Shown here: positions 12,046 to 25,622 of the stretch, in pieces
How positions within the stretch are numbered: the stretch's first letter is position 1
Layout: the number at the start of each line of letters is the position of its first letter
Source: Chara braunii
Taxonomy: Eukaryota; Plantae; Charophyceae
DNA length: 64,000 bases
Direction: 5' to 3'
NCBI GenBank assembly: GCA_003427395.1
Contig: BFEA01000011.1
Span: 3,628,696 to 3,692,695, forward strand
Program-made: the position numbers and the translations under genes
Notes under the pieces: generated by a model
Database searches by the model: none
The model's input: the letters and a program-made list of their open reading frames with translations, nothing else
What the model was told of the DNA's origin: nothing

Positions 12046-12335
12046 CCCATCACGCTGTGTCTAGTCTGTTCTGTCACCTACATACATTCAGAAAAGGAAA
12101 AAAAAAAAAAAAAAAAAAAAAAAGGCAACTCCTGAAAAGGGACTCAGGGGCCCACCCACACTATAACTGTTTCTAAAAGTATTCAACCACTATCTCGACC
12201 GAATCCAGCCGCACCTCATTTTTCTCAGGAAAGGGGGTGACGGGCCTAATGGTCTTGAGGGATCACCTTCAAGCTGCCCTGCCCGAATTCTGCTCATCCT
12301 GAGCGCCTCTGAATTCGAACTTTGAGTTTGTATTT

Positions 12336-12717
12336 CAACAGCACATGGGTGTACCAGTAGGGCCAGGCCTAGTGGCACTGTTCCCATGGACCTGTTTTTC
12401 AACAGTTCGTGGGCATACCACTGAGCTTGGCCTACAGGTGCAAGTCCCACAGGCCTGTTTTTCAACAGTCTGCGCGGGTACCAACTGAGCTAGGCCCAGT
12501 GGCATTGTTCCCACAGACCTGTTTTTCAACAGTTCGTGGGCGTACCACTGAGCTTGGCCTACGGGTGCTGCTGGTCCCACAGGTCTGTTTTGTGACAGCC
12601 TGCGGGTGTACCGGCCGTGCTTGGCCTATAGGTGCTGGTCCCACAGGCCTGTTTTGTGACAGACTGTGGGTATACCACCCGTGCTTGGCCTACGTGTGCT
12701 GGTCCCACAGGCCTGTT
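12336..12717. repeat. About 64-bp tandem array, each unit containing a CCCA...CTGT-loop-ACAG...GGG hairpin
   Basis: Hairpins start at 12383, 12446, 12510, 12576, 12640; partial copy at 12704. Confidence 0.9.
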
Positions 12718-13639
12718 CACACTCAAGCCTTCCAGCAGCAGATCCTGGCTAGCGGACGGTGCAGCTGCAAGAGATCCCCGCCACTCAGGCTTCCGCCGCT
12801 TCGAGGGCTTTGCACCCACAGGCTCACCTGCACGTTGGCCCCGTCTCCGTACTTTCAAAACGGTAGGGATAGAGGAATTTTGTCAACATCCCAAACACGC
12901 AGGAACCTGAACGGGTCTGCCGAAAGAGGCGCGTGCTCAAGGTCCTCGACTGCCGTGACGGCCACCCGTGGGTGGTTTCAATAGCTCCCTCTGTAATGCT
13001 GGTTACCGTGGCCCATACTGTCACTCATCCCTCCGTTCAGGGTCAACGAAGGTGGCGACAGAGTCGCCGTCCACCCCCGTTCAGGTGCGGGTGCACAACT
13101 TGCCTCCATCCACTTCTTGGTCAACAATTCCGAGCACTCTTTCATCCGCCCTTGTGGTAATTCTTTGCCGTTAGCCCCGGAGCCAGTTTCCGACCTGGTC
13201 AATGGACGGAAAGACGAAGAAAAGTAAAAATTAAAATAATAATAATAATAATAATAATAGAGTTGAAGAGGACGAGGATCTGCCGACGCTCTTTTCGTCT
13301 TGCCAGTCGAACCCAGGTTTGGGCCCATCCGGTAAAACCAAGAGGGATAGTCACTTAAACCCTTGACCCCTCAGTCTCCGCCTGTCGCGCTTNTTTGCTC
13401 CATCGCCGCTTGTTGATCTCGAACCCCAAACCTGTCGCTCGAAAGTCCGGTACCGTAACCAATAGGGCGAAGCCCACGTCTGAATTAGGTAGGCGCGAAC
13501 CCGCGTATGAATAGTTCGCGGGACCGTGATTGGTCCCACCTCCACAAACCAGGCCTCCGCCTTGGCCTATCGGCCAACCTCCTGGCTGTCTGAAGATGCC
13601 GAGATGCCGTCTGCGCCTAGGATCGTAGCTATCTAGCAT

Positions 13640-14579
13640 CCAGGTCATCGGGTGCTTGATATATTCTGGCAACTTTCGACTCCCCCGCCCATACTAGATT
13701 TGCCAACACCGCGCCTTTTCGTGCGTCGCCAAACACAATGATCTTCCATGCACGTGCACAAAGCAGGGTCCTTACCTCCTTTGCAACGCATCCCGCCAAG
13801 GGCTGAGCCGGTTCGTGGAGTAAAGCTAGTTTTTATCAAAGAAAAGAAAAATATAATCAAACCGAAAACTATAGAAAACGTAACTGGACCCTATGGCTTG
13901 ACGCCTTCTGCCGGCCTAGTGTCGCCGCTGTCTTAGACAACCATCTCACAGTGCAACGCAATAATGCGTGCCCCACACACTCTCTAATTCAATCGTATTT
14001 GACTCGGAGACTTGCCAAGAGCGAGGCCGCCGAGGTGAGCGCCCTAACGGGTTTTACCTTATCAACGCGTTTCGTTGATCAAGGATGCGCCCAGTGCGAC
14101 TTTTTAAAAAAGGACAGCAAATACCCTTGTAAGGGTGTTTGCTACGACAACGGTCCTTGCCCAGGCTAGCCCGAAAACGGCACAGGATGACCGAATTGGC
14201 CCAAGGTCGACAGGTCCGAAGCTACGAGGCCCCGAATGAGAACGCAGGACCACGGCCCCAGTACAAATTGGGGAACATCGTGTTGGTGAGGAAATGTGCT
14301 CGCCAGGGTAAACTAGCGCCACGATTCTTCGGGCGATTTCGTGTAATCGAACTCGGACCGAACGGCGTGAACACCGTGCGGCTTGCGCCTGAGGTCTCCG
14401 GCAGCCGATCGGCTCGCCCGATCATCCGCCACGTGTCCTACCTCCGTCCCCTTCCTCCCTCTCCATCTTCGCATTCACCCGATTCCTCCTCCACTTCGGA
14501 GGAAGGCGACAACTACCTCTCTCCTATCTCTCCGTCTCCTTCCTGTTCTCTCTCTCTTACCCCGTCACCATCGCCATGA
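13640..14579 (+). pseudogene. Degenerate Ty3/Gypsy integrase with recognisable C-terminal GPY/F-SH3 region
   Basis: ORF 14139-14579: YKLGNIVLVR...KLAPRFFGRFRVIELGPNGVNTVRL...RHVSYLRP. Upstream part is heavily decayed. Confidence 0.7.
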
Positions 14580-15055
14580 GCTTTGCAACGGAGCAAGTGA
14601 TCGGTGCGCGGCTTCTTACTCCGTAGGGGCGAATCAGCATCATACGGCAGGTGCAGCGGCCCCATCTCTGCTCTGATCTCCTCCGGTTTGCGGTTTTCTT
14701 CAGTACGTCGGCGATCTACGCAGCGGCAGAGTTCCGATTCACGGAAGAAGCAACTACGCGCGTTCTGGCCGAGATCTCGGCCTTTCGACGGCTATCCCCT
14801 CCCGGGATTAGCCATATCGCCGTCGTCGTCGTCTTTTCAAGAGACATCACCGCGATTCCGCCGGAGATTCACCCCGACATCTATAGGACGTTGCGCATCT
14901 GGGCTGGGGAAGTGCGAACCGCGTGGACCGATTTCCTGGCTCGGCGAGGAGACACCGTCGTGCCCGCGCATGACACAGACCTCCAGCTCCGCTCGTCTCG
15001 AAGCTCGCCAACGATCGTGCTCCCGGAGCTTCGTCCCTTCGCGCCGCCCCAATGA
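14576..15055 (+). pseudogene. Small orphan ORF directly 3' of integrase, one internal TAG
   Basis: ATG at 14576 overlaps the integrase TGA and is in frame with track ORF 14651-15055; protein-like composition; no family recognised. Confidence 0.4.
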
Positions 15056-15141
15056 GTCATCGTCGCGTCTCCTACTTCGGGCTCCCCTCCAGCATCCCCA
15101 CCCTTTGGGCAGTCTGCGCGGGTTCCAACTCTCTGCTACCG

Positions 15142-17035
15142 TGTTAAGGAGAACAGTGCACCGCTATTGAGCGAGGAAAAGTGGGACGCGTGGTGGGAAG
15201 ACTATATCAAGCCTGCTTTCTGTCTAGACATAAGATTCGTGAAAACCTAACAAAACAAATTGTTAGGTTTGCACGAAATCTATTCAAGATTATGATAGTA
15301 CGGTTTTCAGGTCTCCTCTAGGAACAAAATTCTACGTGAAGTGAAACATCCGCAAAAAAAAAAACAGAAAATTAATTTTTCAGAACTACTGGAGGGGGCG
15401 AGGAAAAAAACGTTTTTTTTCATAGAAAATCACGACCTAGTGAAGCACCGTAGGTTCAAGAACTGAAATATCCTAATTTTTTGTTATCCAAAAAAATTGT
15501 GTTTATAGTCCTATAAGATGTGCAGCACGATGAATTTATTCGGGGGTTTTCCGAACGCGCAAACATATTCTCCTGTTCGTGAATACGTTCGCTTGAACAT
15601 GGTTTCCCATACATGGGCGAATATATTATTTTTTATTTTTTGTTTTAATTTTTTTCCCTATATTTTTATTTTAAACTCGTTTTTGACTAAGAATTTCAAG
15701 GTGTCTCCGAGGCAAAAGTTGTTTGTATTCTTATTTTAAATGACATATATTTTTTGATAAGGGTTTTATTGTTAAGTTCAAAAGTGACTTATAGTCCTAT
15801 AAATTATTTTGTGCAAAGCTTAGCTTTCACCTAACTGCGGAAACTGACTTATAGTCCTATAAATGAGTATTCACCAAAACACGTTTTTTTTTACATCTTT
15901 CAAGTCTGCCTTGTCATCCTTAAAAATTACCCTGTTCGAACTCTGTTTTTTTGTCAATCTACTGAGAATGACTTATAGTCATATAAAAATATTTTGCAAG
16001 GAAGGGTTTTCTTGCACATTTTGAAGAACGCTAGACTTTTGACCTGATTTTTTGCCTTCTTTATCGCAAAACGATTAAAAACGCTCTATTTTTGTGTAAA
16101 AAATAACAGTTTGACTTTTACGTTTTCATTCTATAAGAAATGTTAGGTTTTCTCCGATTGTGAGGTTTTCACGAATCCCCTGTTTCTATTGGAGATAGAG
16201 TTCTGTTGGTCAGAAGCGGCCCCATCCGGAGAAGGTCCAGAGCACCCAGGGGACAGACAGCGTGGAGCTTGTGATCATCCAAGCCTGGAGAACGACGGAG
16301 CAAGGTGACCTGCTGGGAATCGTATTCAAAAAGGTGAAGGAAGGTAATCTCGCCTTGATCACGGACGAATTGCTGGTGTTTCTGACTCAGCTGGTCGACG
16401 ATCTGCCCCTGGACAGCCTGTCGCACAGTGACAAGCAGCGTGGGACCCACATGCTGTCTCGAACGATCCAGCCGCACCTTGTGTGGTCCACGTGTACGGA
16501 GATTGACGAGGACAACTTTCTCTATCCTTCCCAGACGCTCTACCTGGAGATCGATGTTACCGATCCCACGTTTTGGGACCCGATTGCGAGGCAAAACGCG
16601 ACGCAGGACGAGGAGTTAGGGGGAGCAGACGAAGAGGAAGAAGAGGAAAAGCCATCGAGCGAATAACGAGACGATCCAGACTACGTACCGGAAAGCGAAG
16701 CAGGGATAGCCGACGAATCGAGCCAACCGCGGGACGAGGAAGAAGAAGAAGGAAACGAGCAAGCGGAGTCAGGGTACGAAGGATTCGAGGCTGAAGTGCG
16801 CGACGCGACTCGAGAAAGAGCGCAAGAGCACAGAAAACGAAGGCGCCCAGGAGACCGCGGAGGGAAAACGACCCGCGACAAACGATCCATCGATCGGGGA
16901 CCCGTGGCATGATCCGGAGCCACCAGAAGAAGAGTACGATGGAACCGCAGCAGAGGGATCACGAAGCAAAAGAAGAAGAAGTGAATCGCTAGTTCCCTCC
17001 GGCTCCCCGTCCCGATCCTCCCTTCGTTTACATCA
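15142..17035 (+). mobile_element. LTR-retrotransposon-associated fragment encoding an 'IIQAWRT...DDLPLD' domain plus acidic tail; split by a MITE
   Basis: ORF 16262-16666 resembles a module I recall from Chara TE-derived hypothetical proteins; coding-like sequence continues across the MITE; begins TGTT and ends CATCA; no TSD seen. Confidence 0.5.
15229..16182. mobile_element. Non-autonomous hAT-like element (MITE)
   Basis: 15-bp TIR core GATTCGTGAAAACCT (15234-15248 / 16163-16177), CA...TG ends, internal TTATAGTC(C/A)TATAA repeats, degenerate 8-bp flanks TGTCTAGA / TTTCTATT. Confidence 0.8.
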
Positions 17036-17094
17036 AGATCTCGGCGTTCGGGCTTCGTCCCCGGTCGTTCTCTCGCCGACCCCGTGACTACCTC

Positions 17095-17430
17095 ATGCTT
17101 ACCCGTCTTCCCGATAGACCTCCGTTCCCCGATGGTTGGTGTCCTTTCCCCCATCACCTTTTCTACCATCTCTACGCTACCCGCCTTCTAGTCTCCGTTT
17201 ATCCGCATGCCACCACCCGTTCTGTGGTTGATTCCTTTCTCCTTCACGTGCTCCTGTTTAGCGCTGACTGGCGGGGATATAACCACGTAGAAATATACTG
17301 TATTATATCTGGAAATATTCCCGCCTGCGAAAACTACGAAGATTTTCGCGCCGCTCTGCGGCGCCGCTCTGCGGTAGACCCTTTCCACCATTTACCTCGA
17401 CTACATCGCCGCTTTTCGCCATCTCCATGA
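17095..17430 (+). CDS. Small orphan ORF (111 aa) in a retroelement 3' region
   Basis: ATG-initiated, protein-like composition, ends in an ATGA overlap; no family recognised. Confidence 0.3.
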   Translation: MLTRLPDRPPFPDGWCPFPHHLFYHLYATRLLVSVYPHATTRSVVDSFLLHVLLFSADWRGYNHVEIYCIISGNIPACENYEDFRAALRRRSAVDPFHHLPRLHRRFSPSP

Positions 17431-17895
17431 GGTCCCTCGCTTCCCCCACATCCATCGCTCCTTCCATTACGCTATCCTTCCTCATTTCGCCTCTCCCGCC
17501 ATCAATCGATTCATGCCCCCTCTTCCCCTGAACCATCCGCCACCTCCACCTTCAGTGATTCGACTGCCATTCCCCGTCGCCCACAGTACCCCGGCCCCAT
17601 CGGGGCTTGAGTCCCTTCCGCACGTGCCCCTTTTTCGCCTAACAGCATTCACACGCCTGAGACTTCCCCACTTTCCCTAAAAATCCTTGGCACACCCCTT
17701 TTCGCACTTCCAGGCCCCCATCCCACTCCGATCAGAAAGTTGCGCTGGGCGTGAGGTTGGGCGTCACAGTAGTGCTTAAGGAAATTTTGCGGCCTCGTTC
17801 CACATATCCTGGCGGATGTCCCCCAAAAACATTTCCTTGTGGCCTGCCCGCAGCCATTTTCAGAGGATTATATGCGGACGCGGGGGGGCCCAGGG

Positions 17896-17933
17896 CTGTC
17901 TCTTATACACATCTAGATGTGTATAAGAGACAG
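17896..17933. other. Nextera mate-pair junction adapter (assembly artefact)
   Basis: Exact CTGTCTCTTATACACATCT+AGATGTGTATAAGAGACAG, i.e. two inverted Tn5 mosaic ends. Confidence 0.98.
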
Positions 17934-20899
17934 GTGTCCATGTGAGATGGTGTCGTCCAGCGGCGAGCGGGAAAGGGCAGGGCCATGCCACGAAAAATGA
18001 AATAAAAATAGGGGACCTTCATAATTGAAGTTCAAAACTTGAAGTATGGGTGTGGTGACAACTTACAAGCACGACGATAGGCAGGCGTGCGAAAACGGGG
18101 CATCTGCGACTCAGGGTATGCGGCGGCGTCCCTTCCCAAGAAACACAGTACTGTGTATACATGTGCACAGTGTGTACGTCCATCGCCATCGACGCATTCC
18201 ACATTGTGCGCGTCGTTTAGCACTGTTTTGCAACGAGAGCAAGATAGTCCCAAAGGCGGCAGCTTTGCGGAAGCCTCGCGGGGGCGGCGATCGTCCTGGC
18301 AGCGGAGACATGTCATTCCTGTCAAAGTGTTGGCAGTGGAGAGGGGTGGAGAGGTCAGGCGTGCGTTGTTGACACCGCTGGAGAGGATGGCCATGATGGC
18401 GGCGTATCTACTGTTGTTCTTCGTTGTCAGCAGGAGAGGGTGTTGGGACGAATGAAGGTGGAGCTGCGTGTGCGTAGGAGAAGGACGCTGACGCAAGCTG
18501 CACATGACAGCCCTGAATACGTGTCAACATAGAAGGCTGTCATTCAGCTGTGCTACATGTTGGGTTGCGGTGTGACGAACTGTTTTCTGTAACCGTGTAA
18601 CTTTTGGCGCGACTCTACTTTGGGGGTTGATCAAGAGGGGCCCGTCCAATTGCATGAATGCCCTCGCTTTTTCAGAAAAGAGATGTCCCATGACAGTTGA
18701 TAGTTGATTGCGCCTTGGCGAGCGCGAAAAATAACTTTTGCCATAGCTTCTTTCTTGTTCTGCTGGGGGAAATGAGAATTTTGGGGCGATCGTCGCGCGG
18801 GAATATCTTTTTGAATTTTCAACGGATGTTGAGCCCCCGCGGGCTCTCGAAATTTCTTTTCTCGAATTTATTTTTGCAATTAGGATTTAGGCTAGGAATT
18901 TGGGTGCATCATAATTTTGCCGACAACTGTACGACGCTTCTTGCTTGTGCGCGCTTTGCCTCGTCAGGATCTCTGCTCTGGCTTTTTCGCACCTTAAATC
19001 TCACGTGTAACGGTCATTCTCTTCTTGGCAGAGCGCAGATGTAACTGTAATCCCCTCCTTCTTGATATCTTCGTTGCGCCCTTGCGCGCACATATTTTCC
19101 CAGTCCTATTGGCCTGAACGTTGCATGACTGGATCGATGTCTGGAGTGTGGCTACGATCCTCACACCAGGACCTGGCCGTACAGTCGTAGGCACTTCCTT
19201 CCTCCTTCTTCTTTCCCACTCAGGCACAATCCCGGGTATCTCACGCAAACACTCGCGCTATAAATTTTGCAAGCGCAATTAACTCGCTCTCTATGAATTT
19301 TGGAGTTAGCGCGGTTGAGAGGATCGACTAACAGGCAAGACCAGGAAGGTGAGTAGAGAGAGTTGGGCGATCATACGGACTGGTGCTGGGTATGCGGGTT
19401 TGACGTGTGACCACAAAGGACTGTGGCACACGGGCGAACCTGGTTTGCATGCTCGGACTACGCGGGGTGACAACTCAGTGGGTGCGAGACGACGGACTGC
19501 CCGTAGCGGGTAGCGGGATGGTGTGAAGAAAGAGAGAAAGAGGGGATGTGTTGGAATGATGTTCTTTCTTCAATTCTTTTAAGTAATTTTGATATATGGC
19601 GCCAATCGTTTTTGTCTTCGGATCGATTACTCTCGAATTTTTCTTTTCCTTATGAAGTGATGTGTGGTTCTCTTCTTCGCCCCGTCCTTTCTTCTGTTTG
19701 AATTGTTAGCTTGGACCTGCTTGGTTGATTGATCCTCTACGCTCAGTCCATGTATGTCTTCTGACCACCGGGACCTTTGAAGTTTGATGCATGGATGAAT
19801 TGACGGTCCTCTGTCTGAACATGGACTGGTCCATCAAAAGCAGGCTAAATGGTTAGATGTTTGTTTCACGTTGCGATCATCCATTTTTGGGCTGATGTGT
19901 TTGTACATATGTAAGGGTTGTGAGTTGCCGACAATTACCCGCCTGACTGACAGACAGATCTTGTGCACGCACGTGTAGGCCCGACCGAAGAAGGTCATCA
20001 CGTACATGTGTGTCTGCAAGCTTCGTCCCCAATTCGGCCCGTGACCAAGCACCCCGAATGTCTGGACTCTCGCCCCGCCCCGCAGTATGAATATCGAAAT
20101 TCCCTTCCGAATCACTGATCGCGAGTGTCTGAGGGATCACGAGTTCCGAGAATATTGGGAGCACGCGTGTCTGTCTGCGCGATCGAGGGCAGAATCTTTG
20201 GAATTTTCATACTCGGCAGGAAACGAGCGTGTTTGCGAGTGGGATATTGGTCAGGCTTTGGAACATATCCCCCACCTCCCCAGATTTCCCAGCTCATATA
20301 CATGTCACATCGTCGCGGAACCCGGAATTATTATTCTGGAAACCGAATTCCCTCCCTATTACCGTATATTGCCCTTTCACTCCTTGACCATTGCCTCCTT
20401 GCAGGCGCTCGCCCCCTACTGGCCCCAACCCCCGTGCTCAGAGTGCATGTAGGACCACGATTCTCGAGTGTTCGGCTTCATCCGATGAACTTGCTCAGAA
20501 GAAGAGCGACGGGAGCACAGCCTTCGGCTGAGACCGGCCGTGTTTGACTCAGAGACCTATGGTATCCGACGATGACAGCATTGACAGGTGTTAAACCAAC
20601 GAGATAGCCATAGCGCCCCTGCGGTACGCCGGATATGGATCCGCCCCAGACGATGGGACCAACGGAGGTGATGGCCCCGCTCCCCGAAGCCTAAAAGTTA
20701 AAACAGGACCCCGCCCGGCGCGACTTCCTGATTGGAGTTGGAATGGGCCTGGAAGTGCGATAAAAAAGGGGTGTGCCTAGGATTTTAGGAAAGGGGGGGT
20801 GGAGTCCACGTGACAAACTCAGAGATTGCCAAGCGGGTAGGTTACGAAGATCGATCTGGTGAACAGAGGACGGCCTAGGCAGAGGAACGAGGCACGATG

Positions 20900-23370
20900 T
20901 GACCCTGTAGTAACTAGGAGTACATCGGCAGGTCGACAGACTGCCAACATTAACGTCAATCCGGCACAAAATGATAATGCACCGCAAGGCGGGGTTCCTA
21001 TTCCCCGAGTTCGAGCACCTGCAGCCCCGCACGATTTGTAACTCTTCGATCCCACACATCATTTGGTCGAAGCATGGGTAGCTACGTTGTGTGCGCAACA
21101 ATATGATAATGACGAGGCCAGGATTAACATCCTCGCCCGGTTGGGAGGGGATGCGCATCATTGGTTCAACACCTACGCTTGGGTGGACCTCCCGACCTTC
21201 GCAAGGGACTTGTTACACTGATTTGATTACGTACACCCTGAACAAGCTTTCTTCATGATTAAAGATCCAGTCCAGAAGCCCCTCGAGTCCGTCACGGAGT
21301 ATCGCGGTAGGTTCTATAGGTTGTTCGTTAAGTCAGAGCGAGACGAAAAGGTCGAAGAGATTTGTTCATCCGCGGACGCCGAAGCTGCACAACGCGGGGG
21401 AAATTGCGAAAGCAGTTTTCCCCCATCAATCACACCATGCAACAGATTATGGATGGGGCCGAAGAGAAGGAACGAAGATTCGCCACTAGCTTCCTAGAGG
21501 GGGAAGATCATGTTAAGGAAGGAGATTCCTCAGAATCAGCTAGGGCGAAGGCGGAGCTAGCTGCGCTCCAAAACAAATTTGAAAACATGGGCTTCATCTT
21601 CGGCCCCGTCACCTATCTGGAGCAAGTTGGAGTCAAAAGATCGACATCTGACACAACCCCAGGACTGCCCGTACTGGTCACGCCTACGTCTCCCCCAAAT
21701 AAATTTGCTAAGCCAAACGAATCGAGCGCGATACTAGAATTAACTCGGACGCTAGTTAGTATAATGCACGAGAGCAAGAAAGAACAACTCGAACACAATA
21801 CCCGGATAGAATCATTAATGCGATCGATGCGTCCCATCACCGTCCGAACTGCACCGATAGCACCCGGAGGGGCCGGAGCAGCCCCCGGCCAAGTAGTGGG
21901 CGGTGATGTGGTTAATACAGGTGTATGCTACACGTGTCACCAACCCGGCCACATAGCCCAGGACTGCCCCAACCGACCAGCACAAGCCCGGATGGGAGCA
22001 GCCCCCACGACAGCAGCACCCGTGGCCAACGGACCAGGGAGGGTAGGCAGGATGGTGGAAGAGGCCGAGGGAGGAGGGAGTGCGATAATCACTACTGAGG
22101 AAGCTACAGAGCTTATCTCGCTCGATCAATACATCTAAGTGGGTTACCCGAGATTGGAAATGATCGGGACCATCCGCCCCACAAATGAACAACGCGAAGT
22201 AACAGAATGGAGACCATCCCCTTGGGAAATAGAGTCTGGCGGTCCTACTTTTGTTACGGGAGAGATCGATGTCCTGAACATCATTCGAGCACTGGACTAC
22301 TGGATTCCCTTACGGTCTTACCCATCTGACATCTGTTGTCCATATCGGTGCAGGCAAACGAGCGAATGCTACAACATTGCAAAGCAAACAGGAAGCGGTT
22401 TGCTCTTGCCAAGCTAGCAGCTATCAAGGGGAAGGTTACTATCCGAGAAGAAAAACCTGACGTCTCTAGCACCTCGAATCCAATACGATTCGGACTAATC
22501 TAAAAAGACGACCATTTTTTGCGTATCAAAGCTATTCCGTGGAAATCTGCGGAATGTAATGTAGAAGTCTGGGGAATCCCGTACAATGCTATCATCGACT
22601 CGGAAGCCATTGTTTTAATCTTTTGCTGAGGGTGGTAGAACGATCAGGAAGAAGAAAATACTTGATCCCGTTAGCAGAAGGAGACCACCTTGTCTCCTGT
22701 GACGAGGAGAAAATCAAGGTGGTGGGAAGGATGACGAACGTCGCGTTCCGATTAGGGAAAGTCCACGCCTTGGGGGATGTCGTAGTAGTGGACGTAAATA
22801 CATACGACGTCCGTATGAGACTGCCGGCCCTCACTGCGCTACAGACCAACTTAGACTTCGAAAAGCGATCGATTATCCTCCTGAATACAGCCGGAAAACC
22901 GTACGTCATTCTGATGCGTCTAACTCTCCGAACCGTGCTACTTGCAACTCAGAAAGCCCTCCCCGAAATCGGGGAAGCACTCCACGTGATCACCTGGGAA
23001 GAACTCACTAACAAGGAAAAAGGACCTGAGGCTTCGCCCAACACTTCAAACAGCGAGGAGGAAACGAATCCTATGATTATCGATATGGCGCACCAACTGA
23101 TTAGCTACCCAGTCCGACATAAAACAATGGGAACGTTCGTCCTCACATAAAGGAACCTCCAACGGACGCGGGCTCTAATCCTGGGAGAACCATTGCTACA
23201 AGTGCCCCGAATAACGGATGCTTGGGAACCCCCGCGAACCCTATATGAAGCTACCACCCCGCTCCTCCCAAGGTACAACGACAAGAAAACTTTCTGCGAT
23301 ATTACGAGACTACCTCGCTCCTTGCTCTCTGCAGGAAAGGAGGTTCGATTGCTGCGACAGGGCGCTGTTG
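20900..23370 (+). pseudogene. Ty3/Gypsy gag-protease remnant with RT/RH/IN missing
   Basis: Zinc knuckle CYTCHQPGHIAQDC in ORF 21362-22138; protease-like AIIDSEA near 22590 followed by VVVDVNTYDV..GLP-like region; joins directly to the 3' module. Confidence 0.8.
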
Positions 23371-23780
23371 AGCGCATCGGTCCCTCAGGGGGACCCTCCC
23401 GGCCACGTCACGCAGGATTTTGCAAGACTTCGTCGTATAGCGTTTTTGCCGCTCCGGCCGAGTGTGTCAGTCTGACACATACCTCTCACGCATCCCTACC
23501 ACAGGATAGGGTTACGCGAGGTACAACTTACCTCCACCCACGGGAGCTGTCACCATCCCTTGGGTGAGCGTATCCCCGCCGAGCTACCGAAGCACGTGTG
23601 AAGGTTTTTTCGACTTTTTCGTATGCAATCGCGAGGCGGCTCGACTGAGGGCATTTCTTGTTCGTCGTAGCATTGGGGGTATGCGCAGTTAACGCCCGAA
23701 AAATCAAACCGGCACGTGTATCGACGCATTGGGGGGCTGAGGTCCCAAGCACGACTCGCCGTCGGTCGACTAGGACGCAT
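23370..23780 (+). repeat. About 400-bp retroelement 3' module, copy 2
   Basis: Paralog of 5690-6095. Confidence 0.85.
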
Positions 23781-25622
23781 TTCACTCACCACGCGTTACA
23801 CTGTACAAAAATTAAAAATTAAAAAACAACACTCTCATAGTCCCTTCAGTATCCAACTCGTAACCTTTTAATATGGAGATCGCTTAGGCGTCGTGCACGC
23901 GACTCAAGATAAAACGGCGTGGACGCTAGGTCTTTCTCATATCGACTAGCAATGCAAGCATATGCACGCGGTCACAACAATGGAGTGCTATGTAGTACCC
24001 ATACACGCGCCTTGAGGGGTTAATCTCTCGACGCTAGACAACCGCCAAGGCGGTTGATCACCACACCCTCTTCTGCACCCTTTGCAGAGTGGGTGGTACA
24101 TAGGTTCCGGTCTGAGGAGGCATTCAGCTCTCGTGGCCTAGGAGGCAAGCTCCATCATCGAAGGTCTGAAGAGAAATCAAGGGGTTTGACTTTGACGGTT
24201 GCCATGGGCTACAACGTTCAATCATAATAACTCGAAGGGGATCTCCCTTTTTTCTCAAGACATAATTTGTTTAAACTTCGCACACGGTCATAACAGACCG
24301 TACAGTACTAAATGTATATGTAAGTGGGAATATATACATATACGTATATGAGGGGTTGTGAGATATGAAGCTATCACTTTTCACAACCATTGTAGGGTTC
24401 CCTTCAACCATTATAGTTATATTAAGCAATGAGAGTTCAAACAGTCAAGCAAAAGTTTGTGTGGTATCAGATGATCGCTCTCACAGCAGTTGTGTGGCTT
24501 GTCCATCCGCATTCACACAATACTCAGGCTATCACCAAACTCAATTCAAAGACCTTATACTACGCATACCTGCAAATCGCACAGAGTCCAAACAACAACA
24601 TCACACACACTAAGGGAGTCAACTTTACTACTTTCTTCGACTCATGCTCTGCCTTATGCATACAAGCCCCAACCAACTTCCATCATCCCTCAATAAAGGT
24701 ACTCAGTCTTTAGAAATGACCACTTAAAAAGAAATATGGGTGAAAACCCCAAGAAACATAAAAACCTACAAAAACCAACTCAGTTAAGGCCTTAGGTTGA
24801 GATGCAGAAGCAAGGAAGTTGTGTCACAAACCGACTTGTTATCAAAAGATAACAGTAAAGTGATCCTTCGTAGGGTCAAGCCGAACAAATCAAGCCTTCA
24901 ATCGAGTTCGTAAACTAGCATCACAGTTCGGGCCAAAGCCGACCAATACTATATTTAAGACAGATGGAGGACATGCTCCATGTCGTAACCTAACTCCTAA
25001 TTTCTCCCTTACCTTCTTCCAATGAGTATCATACATTACTAAAAATGTTGGCAGCATCTCCCTTAGTCAGGGTAGTTTGCCACATTCTTTCTAGCAGAAA
25101 ATCATCTAACTCCTCAAAATTTACAAAATTTCGGCAGCGCTCCCCGTAGGAAAAATGTCTTTTCAGAATTTCTAGCTGTACAAAAATGACTAACTCTTTT
25201 AGATTTGTAAAAATTTCGACAACTTTTCCCGTAGGAAAAAGAGACTGCCAAGATTTATACAAATCTGAAATCCAAGACAAAGTACAACTATACTTAAGAC
25301 TAACTTCTGACACTCACTTGATAGCTATAACTGGAGATAGTTTATACGATCCCTTTTTAAAGATGGTATCGTGAGCTATTACTAGTCATAACTTCCAGTA
25401 AGGTTAGTCCTATCGTATCCCAAACTTTCATCCCATCATCCATCTCACCTACCTATAGCTTCAGCATGCGAGCATCTAAAGCGACTAAGCTATCAAAAGG
25501 GATACCCCAAAGATAAACCTAAAAAACATACATAGGTGAGTGCAACAACATCTCTTGCTAACCCTCAGGTTCCTTTCCAGATCACAAATTTCGTTCAAAA
25601 ACCCTTGTTATTCCTTTTTTAC

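Noticed and set aside
17896-17933. Tn5/IS50 horizontal transfer
   Set aside because: Exact synthetic mosaic-end junction adapter with no transposase.
20559-20570. tRNA-Met PBS-like TGGTATCCGA (also TGGTATCAGA at 24462)
   Set aside because: Short match and not preceded by a demonstrable LTR end.
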